From: a virus
Taxonomy: Duplodnaviria > Caudoviricetes
IMG/VR virus record: IMGVR_UViG_3300027963_000290
Location: 1-26,474 of that record
DNA: 26,474 nucleotides
Reading direction: 5' to 3' (one strand)
The notes beneath the pieces are model-generated. The model did no database searches, was not told the DNA's origin, and worked only from the letters and a program-made list of their open reading frames with translations. A program made the position numbers and the translations under genes. Positions 25,743-26,474 of this stretch are shown piece after piece (the stretch's first letter is position 1; the number at the start of each line of letters is the position of its first letter).

Positions 25743-26384
25743 ATGGGGAAAGTTCTTCACGCTAGTGGTAGTGGATACTTCCCATTTTGCTTGGACAAGG
25801 GAGAGCCGGAACAAAGCGGAATAGATACCGAATACCCAATATCACTTCCACTTAAACAATATATGTCTTGGTGGTGGAGAGTCAAAACTTGGAGGGTTAC
25901 AGGAAGCTCGCAAGGGAATCAAACAGCAACAATAGATGGCTATAATAGATATTCAAATTCTGTAACGATTGACTTACTTCAAGACGCTTATTGGACAAAT
26001 TCAATCGCCGCAGAGGAAAATTTGGTATGCCAAGGCACAAGAACATTATTGTTTGGATTCACTTCATTTGTGAATGAGGATTCTGGCTCTGGCCCATTCC
26101 AATATTACAGCAATAATCCTTCATACATAACTTTTTTCCCATCTGGATATTTGAATGGAAATACAATTTATCCAAGGATAGTTATTGATGGTTGGTATAA
26201 TACTTATGCTGGTGATATTAAAGTTCAAGAACAAGTCGACCCCTATTCGTTTTTAATCATAGATGGCATCACAATTCCTTGTCATATTCGATGGTTTCCG
26301 GGCTGGGCATATGCTTCAAACTGGTCTTGGTCTGGTAGTCAGTCATTTCAAATTAACCCAGCAACCTATTGGCCTTATGAATAG
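25743..26384 (+). CDS. Hypothetical aromatic-rich protein, probably virion-associated
   Basis: 213-aa ORF rich in Trp/Tyr after the fibre gene; preceded by CTAGCGAAATCCT. Confidence 0.65.
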   Translation: MGKVLHASGSGYFPFCLDKGEPEQSGIDTEYPISLPLKQYMSWWWRVKTWRVTGSSQGNQTATIDGYNRYSNSVTIDLLQDAYWTNSIAAEENLVCQGTRTLLFGFTSFVNEDSGSGPFQYYSNNPSYITFFPSGYLNGNTIYPRIVIDGWYNTYAGDIKVQEQVDPYSFLIIDGITIPCHIRWFPGWAYASNWSWSGSQSFQINPATYWPYE

Positions 26385-26387
26385 CCT

Positions 26388-26393
26388 TTGACA
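26388..26393 (+). promoter_or_regulatory. TTGACA motif 13 nt upstream of ATG 26407
   Basis: Three bases after the upstream TAG; no SD-like sequence in the spacer. Confidence 0.6.
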
Positions 26394-26406
26394 CTCACCC
26401 CTTCTT

Positions 26407-26474
26407 ATGAACCAAATCTTAGCCTTCGTTCAGTCTCAAGATGTGTTTGCTTGGGTGGGTGCTTTGGTTGCCCT
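26407..26474 (+). CDS. Partial gene running off the window, hydrophobic (possible holin)
   Basis: MNQILAFVQSQDVFAWVGALVA...; preceded by the TTGACA motif; only 22 codons visible. Confidence 0.45.
   Translation, partial: MNQILAFVQSQDVFAWVGALVA

Noticed and set aside
4144-26393. Reading the TTGACA copies as ordinary sigma70 promoters
   Set aside because: No consistent -10 box at 16-18 nt, and in seven of eight cases the start codon occupies that position; kept as an unexplained motif instead.
1-26474. Stop-codon reassignment, introns/inteins, tRNA, CRISPR, integrase, DGR
   Set aside because: Genes tile the window under the standard code using all three stops; the terminase is of normal length; no cloverleaf, repeat-spacer array, recombinase or reverse transcriptase was seen.

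Overview
The window is the virion-morphogenesis half of a tailed dsDNA phage (or prophage). All credible genes are on the + strand and tightly packed, many joined by ATGA/TAATG overlaps. Order: ParB-like protein, Nu1-like small terminase, a 24-aa membrane peptide, HNH nuclease, PAPS-reductase-family protein, lambda GpA-type large terminase, gpW-like adaptor, lambda-type portal with a long C-terminal extension, prohead protease/scaffold, capsid decoration protein, major capsid protein, intrinsic terminator, a four-gene glycosyltransferase/methyltransferase cassette, head-closure gene, two tandem tail-terminator-like paralogs, two accessory virion proteins, three small membrane/lysis-like genes, two tandem tail-tube-like paralogs, a tail chaperone with a -1 frameshift, a short tape measure protein, tail-tip genes and a 1194-aa repeat fibre. 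No sheath gene is visible, so a non-contractile tail is likely. Main observations: (1) every + strand TTGACA I found sits just upstream of a start codon, seven of eight at 13-17 nt, too close to act as a sigma70 -35 box; (2) a probable virion-glycosylation cassette directly after the capsid gene; (3) a fibre whose sequence suggests an out-and-back hairpin with strand complementation (five 14-aa N-terminal segments and five ~72-aa C-terminal repeats that each lack one strand); (4) a portal carrying a HiPIP-like Cys domain behind an A9 slippery run; (5) paired duplication of tail tube and tail terminator genes. All functional calls come from reading motifs and synteny by eye; no searches were run and the host cannot be assigned.
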